From a virus (Duplodnaviria; Heunggongvirae; Uroviricota; Caudoviricetes): a stretch of 64,000 bases of DNA. Position 1 is the stretch's first letter. Every line of letters begins with the position of its first letter. The stretch covers positions 32,626-96,625 of the IMG/VR virus record IMGVR_UViG_3300037156_000269; one strand, written 5' to 3'. The position numbers and the translations under genes were made by a program. Positions 56,073 through 64,000 of this stretch are shown in pieces. Below the pieces are notes generated by a model, which saw only the letters and a program-made list of their open reading frames with translations, had not been told where the DNA came from and made no database searches.

Positions 56073-57446
56073 TCAGGCTTCCCATAAGGTCTCAACCTCT
56101 TCTCTTTTACGTCCGTTGTTTAAATATTCCAGAGCTTCCTTAGCTGTCTTCGTTCCAGGCTTCGACCCGAGGATGTAGACTTCCTTCGAACTTGCACATT
56201 TCATTTTCAGATAAGGCCTGGGGCCGGTTTTGTCGTAGTCGATCGTGAGAAGCTCATACTTTCCACCAGTCTTAGTTTTGTAGGTGTCGATGGTTTTCGC
56301 GCCCAGTATCTTTATCGTTCTCTCAAGTCCAATCTTTCGAATGATCTCTCTGCGGACATCTGCATTTGTTTCTTTCATCACCATTTCTTTGGTGATTTTC
56401 TTTGCCGGCGTCTCGGCAATTTCTTTCGGAACAGCCACCCCATTCAGTCGGTACATCGGGTATGTGTCACGATAGAGAAGTGAGGGTCCGCCATCTTTGT
56501 GCAGGCGGCCTTCTATTTCTGTCACGTGAATTTCTTTTGGGAAATCAGAGACGAAGCAGATGTCTTTGAACGGATAGAAGAGGTGCAGCTCTTGGAAATG
56601 AGAAAGAAAGCGTCTGAAGAGACCGAAATCTTTTTCTTTGCCGGGCAAGAGCTCGGTCAGAATGAAATCATAATAGCCGTAATAATTGCCCCAGTGCCAA
56701 ACAGCCGCCGCGTAAGCTGGCGCAAAACATTCTAGCTGCTGGCTGTCGAGCTGGCTGCGGAGCTGGCTGTCGAGCTGGCTGTAGAGCTGGCTGTCGAGCT
56801 GGCTGTCGAGCTGGCTGCGGAGCTGGCTGTAGAGCTGGCTGCGGAGCTGGCTGTCGAGCTGGCTGTAGAGCTGGCTGTCGAGCTGGCTGTCGAGCTGGCT
56901 GCGGAGCTGGCTGTAGAGCTGGCTGTAGAGCTGGCTGTCGAGCTGGCTGTCGAGCTGGCTGTCGAGCTGGCTGCGGAGCTGGCTGTAGAGCTGGCTGTAG
57001 AGCTGGCTGTCGAGCTGGCTGCGGAGCTGGATGCGGAGCTGGCTGTCGAGCTGGCTGTAGAGCTGGCTGTCGAGCTGGCTGTCGAGCTGGCTGTCGAGCT
57101 GGCTGTCGAGCTGGCTGTCGAGCTGGCTGCGGAGCTGGCTGTCGAGCTGGCTGCGGAGCTGGCTGTCGAGCTGGCTGCGGAGCTGGCTGTCGAGCTGGCT
57201 GCGGCTTATTCTCTCATCAAAATTGGAACCTTTAATCAGATTACACGCGAGTTGGCACGCCATTGGGGAGTCGAGAAAAATTATATACTTCGGCTTCTCC
57301 ATTTTTAAAATATCTGTGTACATGAAATCAACCGCTAGTCTGGCCTTTTTCACGTTAATCGTTTTTGTTCTACGCCCAATGTCTAACCATTTCTTGAGAT
57401 AAACTGTAACTTTCTTTTCTTGTTGCGCGGTCATTTTTTCAATCAT
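56073..57446 (-). CDS. DUF6745-like protein with tetrapeptide repeat
   Basis: LDSPMACQLA before the repeat; PFKDICFVSDFP..GRLHKDGGPS..LNGVAVP after it. Confidence 0.72.
   Translation of the reverse strand: MIEKMTAQQEKKVTVYLKKWLDIGRRTKTINVKKARLAVDFMYTDILKMEKPKYIIFLDSPMACQLACNLIKGSNFDERISRSQLDSQLRSQLDSQLRSQLDSQLRSQLDSQLDSQLDSQLDSQLDSQLYSQLDSQLRIQLRSQLDSQLYSQLYSQLRSQLDSQLDSQLDSQLYSQLYSQLRSQLDSQLDSQLYSQLDSQLRSQLYSQLRSQLDSQLDSQLYSQLDSQLRSQLDSQQLECFAPAYAAAVWHWGNYYGYYDFILTELLPGKEKDFGLFRRFLSHFQELHLFYPFKDICFVSDFPKEIHVTEIEGRLHKDGGPSLLYRDTYPMYRLNGVAVPKEIAETPAKKITKEMVMKETNADVRREIIRKIGLERTIKILGAKTIDTYKTKTGGKYELLTIDYDKTGPRPYLKMKCASSKEVYILGSKPGTKTAKEALEYLNNGRKREEVETLWEA
56745..57200 (-). repeat. 38 x 12-bp tandem coding repeat (SQL-D/R/Y)
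   Basis: Unit AGCCAGCTC + GAC/CGC/TAC; one unit has ATC (Ile); counted from the translation. Confidence 0.95.
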
Positions 57447-57470
57447 TTGTGTCTCCTGCTTATTACGGTT

Positions 57471-58820
57471 TCAGTTCTTATAGTTCCCATACCGTGTTGA
57501 GCGGTCTTTCACGATAAAGTCTTTTAGATTGTTAATCAGTGGTTGGTTGTCTGTTTTAAGAATATTCTTTAATTTAGCAGCTTCCCATTTCTTAAAGACG
57601 TCGGGGTCTATGTTGTAGTGTTTCATGAAAGCGTTGAGATCTGGAATCTTGGCCATGAGCTCATATTTAGCCTTCAGAGCACCGTCTTCAACCGGGTCGA
57701 GCAGAAGCCTTTTCGCGCGCTGAGACTCCTCTCTGATTTTCATGTCCGTTGCAATCCAGTCTATTGTCTCCTCGCTCACTTTCCACCCGTACCACATGCC
57801 ATCGATATCCACTCGCCTTGTTGGCGAGAGCGTTTCGATACCATCCTTAAGAACCTTATTGAGCTCGTCGTATAGGGCACCTATGGTTCTAAGGTTAGAT
57901 GCCAGTCGTTTCAGATCCTCGAAGTTTCTAACGTTTAGGTCAACTTCACCGCGGGCCTTTTGCTCGCAAAGCTTCAGGTTCTCTGGACACTCTTGAACCA
58001 TGTGGCAGTAGTCGCAGGCACTACCTGGTATAGCAGGAAACTCTTCGAAGTGCTCGATCGCCCCAACACATGCGTGAATGTAGCTTTCAATATTCTTGAG
58101 CTCAATATCTGACCAGTAGACCGGAGCTTGGTAAAAGTTCAGACCTGGGTGACAGAAATGGATCACTGTTTTTATTTGGTATCCTGGGTAGAACATGCTC
58201 ACAAGCCACGCGTAGGCGCCAAGCTGAAAATTGACGTCCTCATTCTGTGCCGCATTTGGAGTGCTCTTATGATCAAGAATCACCACAGTTTTTGTGATGT
58301 GGTCGACGTTGATTTGATCAAGTCTTCCGGCAAAGAATGCAGCCGGGTTTGGCAGACCGTTCTCTTCAACGTACGGGACCGGCACATAGGCTGTTCGCGG
58401 GGCTACGTCATCGAGGAGAGTGTCTTCCTCGTAGAAGGCTACGCCAAAAGCCATCTCACAGTTCGTGTCTTTGTTCAGGTACGGGCTTGGGTTTCCGATG
58501 TAGGCCGCAGCCGCATCTTTAATCAAGTCCACCTGAGCGTACGACGCAGGCCAGAGAGCCACGGACTCGCTTACCCAGTTTGAGAGCTGAGTGGGACTGA
58601 TCTTCTCTCCTGCAATCAGAGCCTTTGTAATGAGCGACAGGACGTGGTGGATCGCACTTCCGCGCGCGCTCGCGAGACTTGCACCTGTGGAACGATCTTT
58701 GCGGATGTACTGGCCAAAGAATCTTTGAGGACACCTGGCTACGATAAGACGTGACGGTGAGTAAGGACCGTGTTTAACCGCGCGGACAGAAAATCCGCGT
58801 GGCGGTTCTTGGTAAAGCAT
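57471..58820 (-). CDS. Cas4-like/RecB-family PD-(D/E)XK exonuclease
   Basis: YSPSRL..CP, GSAIHH, GRLDQI, LDHKS, QLGAY, C-terminal CDYC..C Fe-S cysteines. Confidence 0.85.
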   Translation of the reverse strand: MLYQEPPRGFSVRAVKHGPYSPSRLIVARCPQRFFGQYIRKDRSTGASLASARGSAIHHVLSLITKALIAGEKISPTQLSNWVSESVALWPASYAQVDLIKDAAAAYIGNPSPYLNKDTNCEMAFGVAFYEEDTLLDDVAPRTAYVPVPYVEENGLPNPAAFFAGRLDQINVDHITKTVVILDHKSTPNAAQNEDVNFQLGAYAWLVSMFYPGYQIKTVIHFCHPGLNFYQAPVYWSDIELKNIESYIHACVGAIEHFEEFPAIPGSACDYCHMVQECPENLKLCEQKARGEVDLNVRNFEDLKRLASNLRTIGALYDELNKVLKDGIETLSPTRRVDIDGMWYGWKVSEETIDWIATDMKIREESQRAKRLLLDPVEDGALKAKYELMAKIPDLNAFMKHYNIDPDVFKKWEAAKLKNILKTDNQPLINNLKDFIVKDRSTRYGNYKN

Positions 58821-58862
58821 TTTAAATCTCCTTGAAAATATTGCAAAGATGGATCTGTGAAT

Positions 58863-58874
58863 CTTATACCCGAA
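58863..58874 (-). promoter_or_regulatory. Class-E promoter motif TTCGGGTATAAG
   Basis: 43 nt upstream of the exonuclease start. Confidence 0.6.
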
Positions 58875-58879
58875 GCCTC

Positions 58880-59131
58880 TTAGTCTTGGTCTTCGGGTGG
58901 AAGGTCTTCTCCATGGAACGAGGACTCGCCTGGCTCAAGATCAAGCTCTTCCGGCGCCCCGTCATCATCGAATTCGTTGTCAGAGTCCGCATCGTCATCT
59001 GATTCGTCATATTGTTCGGTGTCAGCGGCTAAGTCGTCATTAGGATCTTCGATAAGATCCTCAATCGACTCACCGCTTTCATTTATGATGTCTTCCGCTG
59101 CCTGCGAGTTCTCTTCGTTCCGTGGCGGCAT
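58880..59131 (-). CDS. Highly acidic small protein
   Basis: 35 of 83 residues are Asp/Glu, no Lys; AAGGAG SD. Confidence 0.65.
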   Translation of the reverse strand: MPPRNEENSQAAEDIINESGESIEDLIEDPNDDLAADTEQYDESDDDADSDNEFDDDGAPEELDLEPGESSFHGEDLPPEDQD

Positions 59132-59142
59132 TCCGTATCTCC

Positions 59143-59361
59143 TTAAGGTTGGTTTAGAAGTAGCTTGATCTCACTTAAGAAAATCTGCAAAAGCTTTTCT
59201 TCTGCGTCAACACCTATTGCGGACAGAATGACCATGTGATGCGAACCTAGACATTCGGCGGTAAGACGAAAAAGCTCCAGCCTGACTTTGTTTCTCAGGT
59301 CTTGGAGAATCTGTTCCTCTGTTTTTTTTAGTTCAGCTTCCGACAGGTCCAGGTGCAGCAT
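59143..59361 (-). CDS. Hypothetical protein
   Basis: Likely start MLHLD at 59361. Confidence 0.5.
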   Translation of the reverse strand: MLHLDLSEAELKKTEEQILQDLRNKVRLELFRLTAECLGSHHMVILSAIGVDAEEKLLQIFLSEIKLLLNQP

Positions 59362-59656
59362 TTGGCGCGATCTCCACCGGTTTACCAACCAATTCCTCAG
59401 CCTGCTCCATAATACCCGGAACCTCGGACTGTGCCTTGGCAACGGTATCGGCTGACGGAGTGAGGGCCTCAGACACATCGGTGACCACAAGCTCTTTGCG
59501 GCCATCGTGGTTGTAGGTCCACTTGAAGTTAGCGCGAAAATTCGTCTGTTCCTCTAGGTTCCTTAAAAGGACGTTAAAGAGCTCCGCTGCTTGGGTAAAC
59601 AGAGCTGCTGGCGATACGTTTGCCGTGTCTATGGGCAGACCAACTTCATCTTGCAT
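59333..59656 (-). CDS. Hypothetical protein
   Basis: AAGGAG SD. Confidence 0.6.
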   Translation of the reverse strand: MQDEVGLPIDTANVSPAALFTQAAELFNVLLRNLEEQTNFRANFKWTYNHDGRKELVVTDVSEALTPSADTVAKAQSEVPGIMEQAEELVGKPVEIAPNAAPGPVGS

Positions 59657-59704
59657 AAACCAAATCTCCTTAAAAAGAAGGGCCTTGCGTGAGGCCCTTA
59701 AAGT

Positions 59705-60871
59705 TTAGAACAATGGGTGCTCGGCTGGTGCTGTAGCCACAGCAGGTGCCGCTGGTGGGGCTTGAGGAGCTGCCGCGGCCACATCTTTTACTGAAGTGGG
59801 CTTCACGTCCTTTTTGGCCTTCTTGCTGTCCTTGATGCGGTTCTTGAGATACGTCACAAGACTTTGTACGTCTGGGAAAGCTTTCGCTGTCGCCATGCGG
59901 AGCTCTTCTGAGTTCTCTTTTCCAACGATTTGAGCGATCTCGGCAAAAGCCGGGGCTGCTGCCGCATCATTGGCCCGTCTGCGAACCGCGTCATCATCTG
60001 TCTGAGCTGCCGCATTGGTCAGGCTTGTCTCAAGCTGAGGAGCCTGTTGTGCCGCCTCTAACAGCTCATCCTGACCCTCAGAGCCAATGATGGGTGTTGG
60101 GTTAGCTGGGCGATAGAGTTCGCGACTGCGGATGTACATAAGAGCGTCCCAGTCCTCCGGTGCGATCGCACTGCGGAATTGAGTCTCGTACTCAGCGAAG
60201 CTGACGTTCTCAATGTGCACAACGTCCGTCGGGCGTTTCGACATTGATCCGTCTTTGTTCGGAAAGTTAATCGTGTCTTTCTTTTTGAACATCCTGTAAA
60301 TCTGTCCCGAGATCTTCCCTTGGTAACGAAGAGCCGCTTTCTGGAAACAGCTCAAAGTGTTTTTGACCGCGTTGATCGACGTATTATCGAGCGTGAACAG
60401 CGATCCCATTGAGTACTGCGGAACCATGATGTTCAAAAACATGTGCTCAGTGCAGTTTGCGTTGATGTAGTCTGGGCACGACTTGTAGGAGCACTGACGG
60501 ACGCGCGAGCGCGCGACACCTGGGAACTGCTCTTGCGAAAGCCCGGACACTTCCTGGCCTACTTTAAAGAATGCGGCAACCGAACCCATGGGGGTCTGGG
60601 TTTTGGGATTCACATAGTCATGCATGCTTTTGCAGATGAGTTCTGTTTTCGAGTACCAGCGAAGATCGGGCTGGAACGCATGCCTTAAATCGTCCGAGTA
60701 GATGGTGAAGAAAATCTCTGTTGGGGTTTCAGTGAGAATAGGAATCAGTTGTGGGGCGTCGTGAAGAAGAAAATGCGGGTAGTTTTTTGGATAGCCCTTT
60801 TCGTCTTTACCGCCAGCTCTGATTTTACCGTCGCGGCGAAGCGCAAGCGTGTCCGTTAGTCCTTTGATCAT
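59705..60871 (-). CDS. Gp3-like / recombination-directionality-factor-like protein
   Basis: N-terminal RRDGKIRAGGK..GYPKNYPHF; C..H Zn-like residues; near the exonuclease. Confidence 0.6.
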   Translation of the reverse strand: MIKGLTDTLALRRDGKIRAGGKDEKGYPKNYPHFLLHDAPQLIPILTETPTEIFFTIYSDDLRHAFQPDLRWYSKTELICKSMHDYVNPKTQTPMGSVAAFFKVGQEVSGLSQEQFPGVARSRVRQCSYKSCPDYINANCTEHMFLNIMVPQYSMGSLFTLDNTSINAVKNTLSCFQKAALRYQGKISGQIYRMFKKKDTINFPNKDGSMSKRPTDVVHIENVSFAEYETQFRSAIAPEDWDALMYIRSRELYRPANPTPIIGSEGQDELLEAAQQAPQLETSLTNAAAQTDDDAVRRRANDAAAAPAFAEIAQIVGKENSEELRMATAKAFPDVQSLVTYLKNRIKDSKKAKKDVKPTSVKDVAAAAPQAPPAAPAVATAPAEHPLF

Positions 60872-61088
60872 AATAAATCTCCTTTGTGTATTATCTTGTA
60901 TAAAATAGAAGTCCTACACGCAACTTATATCTGGAAAGTGATGGTTTGTGCCACGCAGAAAATGATCAGTATAATGACCACTTCGGGCCTTAATGTCCAA
61001 TATACTGATCATTCTGCGCCGCGCGTGTCAGTTAAATGGTTGTTTAGGCCCGTAAGATGGAACTTTAACTATTTTACTGCCAAGTGGC

Positions 61089-61271
61089 CTATGGCTTTTT
61101 CAACTCATCCAGCTTCAGCTTGATCTCCATGACTTCATTCGTCGCTTGTGCGCGCTGCGGAGCCGGTGCTCCGGTCTTCTGAAGCTCGTGTTCCTGAAGC
61201 TTTTTGCGGCTGTATTCGCTTTGCAGCTCGTCGATAAGCTCTTGTTTGTCGACACCTAGTTTTTCCATCAT
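61089..61271 (-). CDS. Small coiled-coil protein
   Basis: GAGGA SD. Confidence 0.55.
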   Translation of the reverse strand: MMEKLGVDKQELIDELQSEYSRKKLQEHELQKTGAPAPQRAQATNEVMEIKLKLDELKKP

Positions 61272-61273
61272 AA

Positions 61274-61519
61274 CTAATTCCTCTCGGCCTCTGGAGGGGC
61301 GGATACCGTAACTACCAGTTGCTTGTCGATGATGATCTGGAGAGCCGCTCCGATGATCAGGACCGCTTCCGACAGCCGTTCTTGGTTGTCCAGCATAGCA
61401 TAAAGGAGGTCGTCGTGGCTCTTGGAAAAGCGCGCTGCCTCGGCCCTTTCTCGGACTTTTTCTAGGATTGTCTGGAGAATCTTATAGGTCTCCATATTGG
61501 GGCTTATTTTTTTCATCAA
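61274..61519 (-). CDS. Hypothetical protein
   Basis: ORF within the minus-strand block. Confidence 0.55.
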   Translation of the reverse strand: MMKKISPNMETYKILQTILEKVRERAEAARFSKSHDDLLYAMLDNQERLSEAVLIIGAALQIIIDKQLVVTVSAPPEAERN

Positions 61520-61593
61520 AGCTGCCCCTATTGGTTAAGCAGACAGCCTTGATTGTAACACGCAGTGCTCTAAACTAAATCCTGACCCTAGGC

Positions 61594-62250
61594 CTAGTCC
61601 TCTTCTCCTGTGTGGGCGGAGATCTTGGCTCGGTGGCCTTTCATGATTCGAGACTCAAAGGATTTGGACGCTTTTACCGGCCGTTCGCCGTAATGTCCTT
61701 GTCCTGCATATCCACGGGTCACTGACGGCATCGCATCCCCGTCGTCTTCATCAGGGTCGCCCATAACGTTGTCTAAAAATGCCTCGGCATTGTTGCCTGC
61801 ATTTTTTACTTTAGGGGCCGCGAACGCGCGTTGAAATTCAGCCACTTCGGCCGGGTCCAGAGCGTCATCTTCCGCGACCTGCTCCTCTAGAGACTTGTTG
61901 TTTTGCGTGTCCTCGTCGTTTGATAACTCGTGTTGCGGAGTATTGCCTTCAACATGCCCGAAGGCCTCTTCCACTGCAGATTCGATCGTAGGTGGGGCTG
62001 CGGCTTCTTTGTGTGCGTCCGCAAAAGACCTTCTTTTCGCTTCAACTTTGACTGCTTGAACGGGCGCTTGGTAGGCGACCTCTCCGCCCAGAAGCTCAAT
62101 ACACTTCTGCTTAAGCATGTCGTTGAGCAGACCCTCGAGCTGACCGACGACGGCGTCTATATTTTGACGGCTCAAAACCGCATATGCTGCGATTTTGCTG
62201 CGCGTGTCTTCGGATGGCTGAATGGTGATCCCATCGAAACTAATCGCCAT
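61594..62250 (-). CDS. Acidic hypothetical protein
   Basis: ATG at 62250 with GAGG SD. Confidence 0.6.
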   Translation of the reverse strand: MAISFDGITIQPSEDTRSKIAAYAVLSRQNIDAVVGQLEGLLNDMLKQKCIELLGGEVAYQAPVQAVKVEAKRRSFADAHKEAAAPPTIESAVEEAFGHVEGNTPQHELSNDEDTQNNKSLEEQVAEDDALDPAEVAEFQRAFAAPKVKNAGNNAEAFLDNVMGDPDEDDGDAMPSVTRGYAGQGHYGERPVKASKSFESRIMKGHRAKISAHTGEED

Positions 62251-62251
62251 C

Positions 62252-62653
62252 TTATACCTCAACTCTTCGTTTTGTTTTGGGGTCCTTGCCGTTATAGGCT
62301 TCTTTCATCAGTGCGTGTGTCGTGTCGTCGACATCGTGGGCTTCGTAGTGCTCCCCGCGGGGAGAAAGCTTTTGCTTCTGCATATTCCCACCGTTGCGCG
62401 GGCGCGAGAGCCTAGACTGCACGCTCTCGTACTGTTCAGTGAGACGCGCACATTCTTTCTGCGCGGCAGCGAGCTCAGCATCGTTTGCGAGAAGAGCTCT
62501 TTTTAGGTCTGAAATTTCTTTTTCAAATTCTTTGGCGACCCCATCAACCAAAGCCACGATGGCCATGGACTGAAGCGCCTCTGCCGATTCCAGATATTTT
62601 GAAGCCGTTGGTGAAAAATCTGCAAGGGCTTTGCCGTCAACTTGAACCTTCAT
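62252..62653 (-). CDS. Coiled-coil hypothetical protein
   Basis: GGGAGATTT SD. Confidence 0.6.
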   Translation of the reverse strand: MKVQVDGKALADFSPTASKYLESAEALQSMAIVALVDGVAKEFEKEISDLKRALLANDAELAAAQKECARLTEQYESVQSRLSRPRNGGNMQKQKLSPRGEHYEAHDVDDTTHALMKEAYNGKDPKTKRRVEV

Positions 62654-62707
62654 AATAAATCTCCCAAATAGGAATGTATTTCCTATCTGGAAGGTATCAG
62701 GGGAGGT

Positions 62708-63442
62708 TTATTTAATCAACGGTTTGTTGTCATTTCCGGGGAACGGCAAGAATCTTGGGCCCTCATCATCCTTCCAGCCACAACCCAACGTCCACCCCGT
62801 GCGTCTGGTCATCGTGTAGCGAAGAGGAACCTGACTCTCGTCAGATGCGAACCCGCAATCGAGTTCAAAAATAATACCCCTTTTTGTGCGCATGAAGAAA
62901 ACCCCGCCGCGGTGCGTATGCCCGTGGGCTACTGATTGTTGATAGTGCTTGCAGTGTGCCCCGTTGGTTTGTGTAAAGGTTCCGTGTGTATAAACTACAT
63001 TATCAATTTCTAGCTCTTCTTGAGTATCCATAATAGTTGTGACACCAGGGAACTCAAATATAGGGCGCATCTCGATAAGAGACTCAACTTCTGGACACTC
63101 TTCTAGAATGCGTCTCTCTGGACGCACATCGTGATTGCCGCGGATCTGGTAGCACTTTGCTTTAGGTGCGGCCAGTCTTAAATTCTTCCACATCGCAGCG
63201 GCACCCATCCTGCCTTCGGCAAGTTCTTGTTTAGGTGTCATAAGATCATTAGTTTTTGCGAAGCGGGAAAAACTATAGGCGTCATACAAATCCCCTAGCT
63301 GGATGATTATGTCAGGTTGTTTAGCCTTTGCGGCTTGGTAGATCCAGGCTAATGTCTCATTTGACTGCCATGGGAAATGCGTATCAGGTACGCAAAGGAC
63401 TTTCTTCAAACAGACCCCCCAATATTTTAAGTTATTGCCCAA
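62708..63442 (-). CDS. Calcineurin-like metallophosphoesterase
   Basis: PDTH, LGDLYD, RGNHD, YTHG, HGHTH; start may be the TTG at 63412. Confidence 0.88.
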   Translation of the reverse strand: MGNNLKYWGVCLKKVLCVPDTHFPWQSNETLAWIYQAAKAKQPDIIIQLGDLYDAYSFSRFAKTNDLMTPKQELAEGRMGAAAMWKNLRLAAPKAKCYQIRGNHDVRPERRILEECPEVESLIEMRPIFEFPGVTTIMDTQEELEIDNVVYTHGTFTQTNGAHCKHYQQSVAHGHTHRGGVFFMRTKRGIIFELDCGFASDESQVPLRYTMTRRTGWTLGCGWKDDEGPRFLPFPGNDNKPLIK

Positions 63443-63485
63443 TGTTACGGCAGTTCCTTAAAAGCGATAGGAGGCGCAAATAAAT

Positions 63486-63701
63486 CTATCCCTTAGTCTC
63501 GCCCTTGGGCTGCAGATAGGTAAAAAGATTGACGATCGCTTCTTCTTCGGTAGTCCCCACAAGTTTAGTTGCGGGTGCTCCGTAGCTCATGTAATCGACC
63601 AAGAAGCCCTCGTTGCCGGACACTCTTACCTTGCTTATGGTGACCTCCCGGCCCAACTTCTCGTTGAGCCAGGCTTTCATTTCTTCAAGTGGTGGGTTCA
63701 T
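63486..63701 (-). CDS. Hypothetical protein
   Basis: ORF within the minus-strand block. Confidence 0.55.
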   Translation of the reverse strand: MNPPLEEMKAWLNEKLGREVTISKVRVSGNEGFLVDYMSYGAPATKLVGTTEEEAIVNLFTYLQPKGETKG

Positions 63702-63993
63702 CTAATTTTCCTACAATGCCTACCGTCATCGCAGCACCGGCTCCCGCTGCGTCATCGGCTAGCTCAGCCTCGGGTGTGGCCGCATTTTCTGCTGTCAGAT
63801 CCAGCTGCTCCTCGAAGATTCCATCAGGGAGTGCATTACCGGTCTGAAGCTGTCCTGCCGGAGCTGCTTCAGCCCCATTGGCTCTCAAGTGAGCTCGGTA
63901 CTTTTTGGTCGCGTTTCCGACACTAGCAAAGTCGCTAGCCAAAAGATCTTTAAGCTTAAGGACGGAGAGGGCGCTCTCTTCTGTGTCTTTCAC
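63685..63993 (-). CDS. Hypothetical protein, possibly truncated by the window edge
   Basis: Frame stays open to the window end. Confidence 0.5.
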   Translation of the reverse strand: MKDTEESALSVLKLKDLLASDFASVGNATKKYRAHLRANGAEAAPAGQLQTGNALPDGIFEEQLDLTAENAATPEAELADDAAGAGAAMTVGIVGKLDEPTT

Positions 63994-64000
63994 AAGCTCT

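Noticed and set aside
56745-57200. CRISPR or non-coding repeat
   Set aside because: Tandem 12-mers without spacers, in frame inside a protein.
57471-58820. cas4 as part of a CRISPR adaptation module
   Set aside because: No cas1/cas2; solo Cas4-like nucleases are common phage recombination enzymes.
1-64000. Stop-codon reassignment as seen in some large phages
   Set aside because: Long genes are intact under the standard code, and TAA, TAG and TGA all end genes at operon junctions.
1-64000. Specific host assignment (SSB looks deltaproteobacterial/Bdellovibrionota-like)
   Set aside because: Impression only; needs phylogeny. Lipoproteins only weakly suggest a diderm host.

Overview
This window is part of a large contractile-tailed (myovirus-like) bacteriophage genome using the standard genetic code, with no host housekeeping context, rRNA, tRNA or canonical CRISPR array. 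The plus strand carries mostly virion and morphogenesis genes: terminase large subunit, prohead protease, scaffold/internal head proteins, major capsid protein, neck, tail sheath, tail tube and baseplate spike. It also carries a ~2,375-aa single-chain beta+beta' RNA polymerase interrupted by a 347-aa LAGLIDADG intein. The minus strand carries replication, recombination and accessory genes: family A DNA polymerase, SSB, Cas4-like exonuclease, resolvase, glycosyltransferase, phosphatases and lipoproteins. The most striking element is at 23331-25211: a solitary Cas7/RAMP-fold gene followed in the same putative transcript by a ~930-nt non-coding array with strict 5-nt periodicity (NN-NGY, mostly GGY) punctuated every ~26-31 nt and closed by a terminator. 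This is a candidate minimal RNA-guided system unlike CRISPR repeat-spacer arrays. Other notable signals are a 10-aa N-terminal leader (FxxGFxKxA) on 12 genes (candidate capsid-targeting/cleavage signal), two promoter-like motif classes, a ~440-nt structured non-coding transcript candidate, and a 38-unit 12-bp coding repeat. All protein calls come from motif recognition by eye; no database searches were run.
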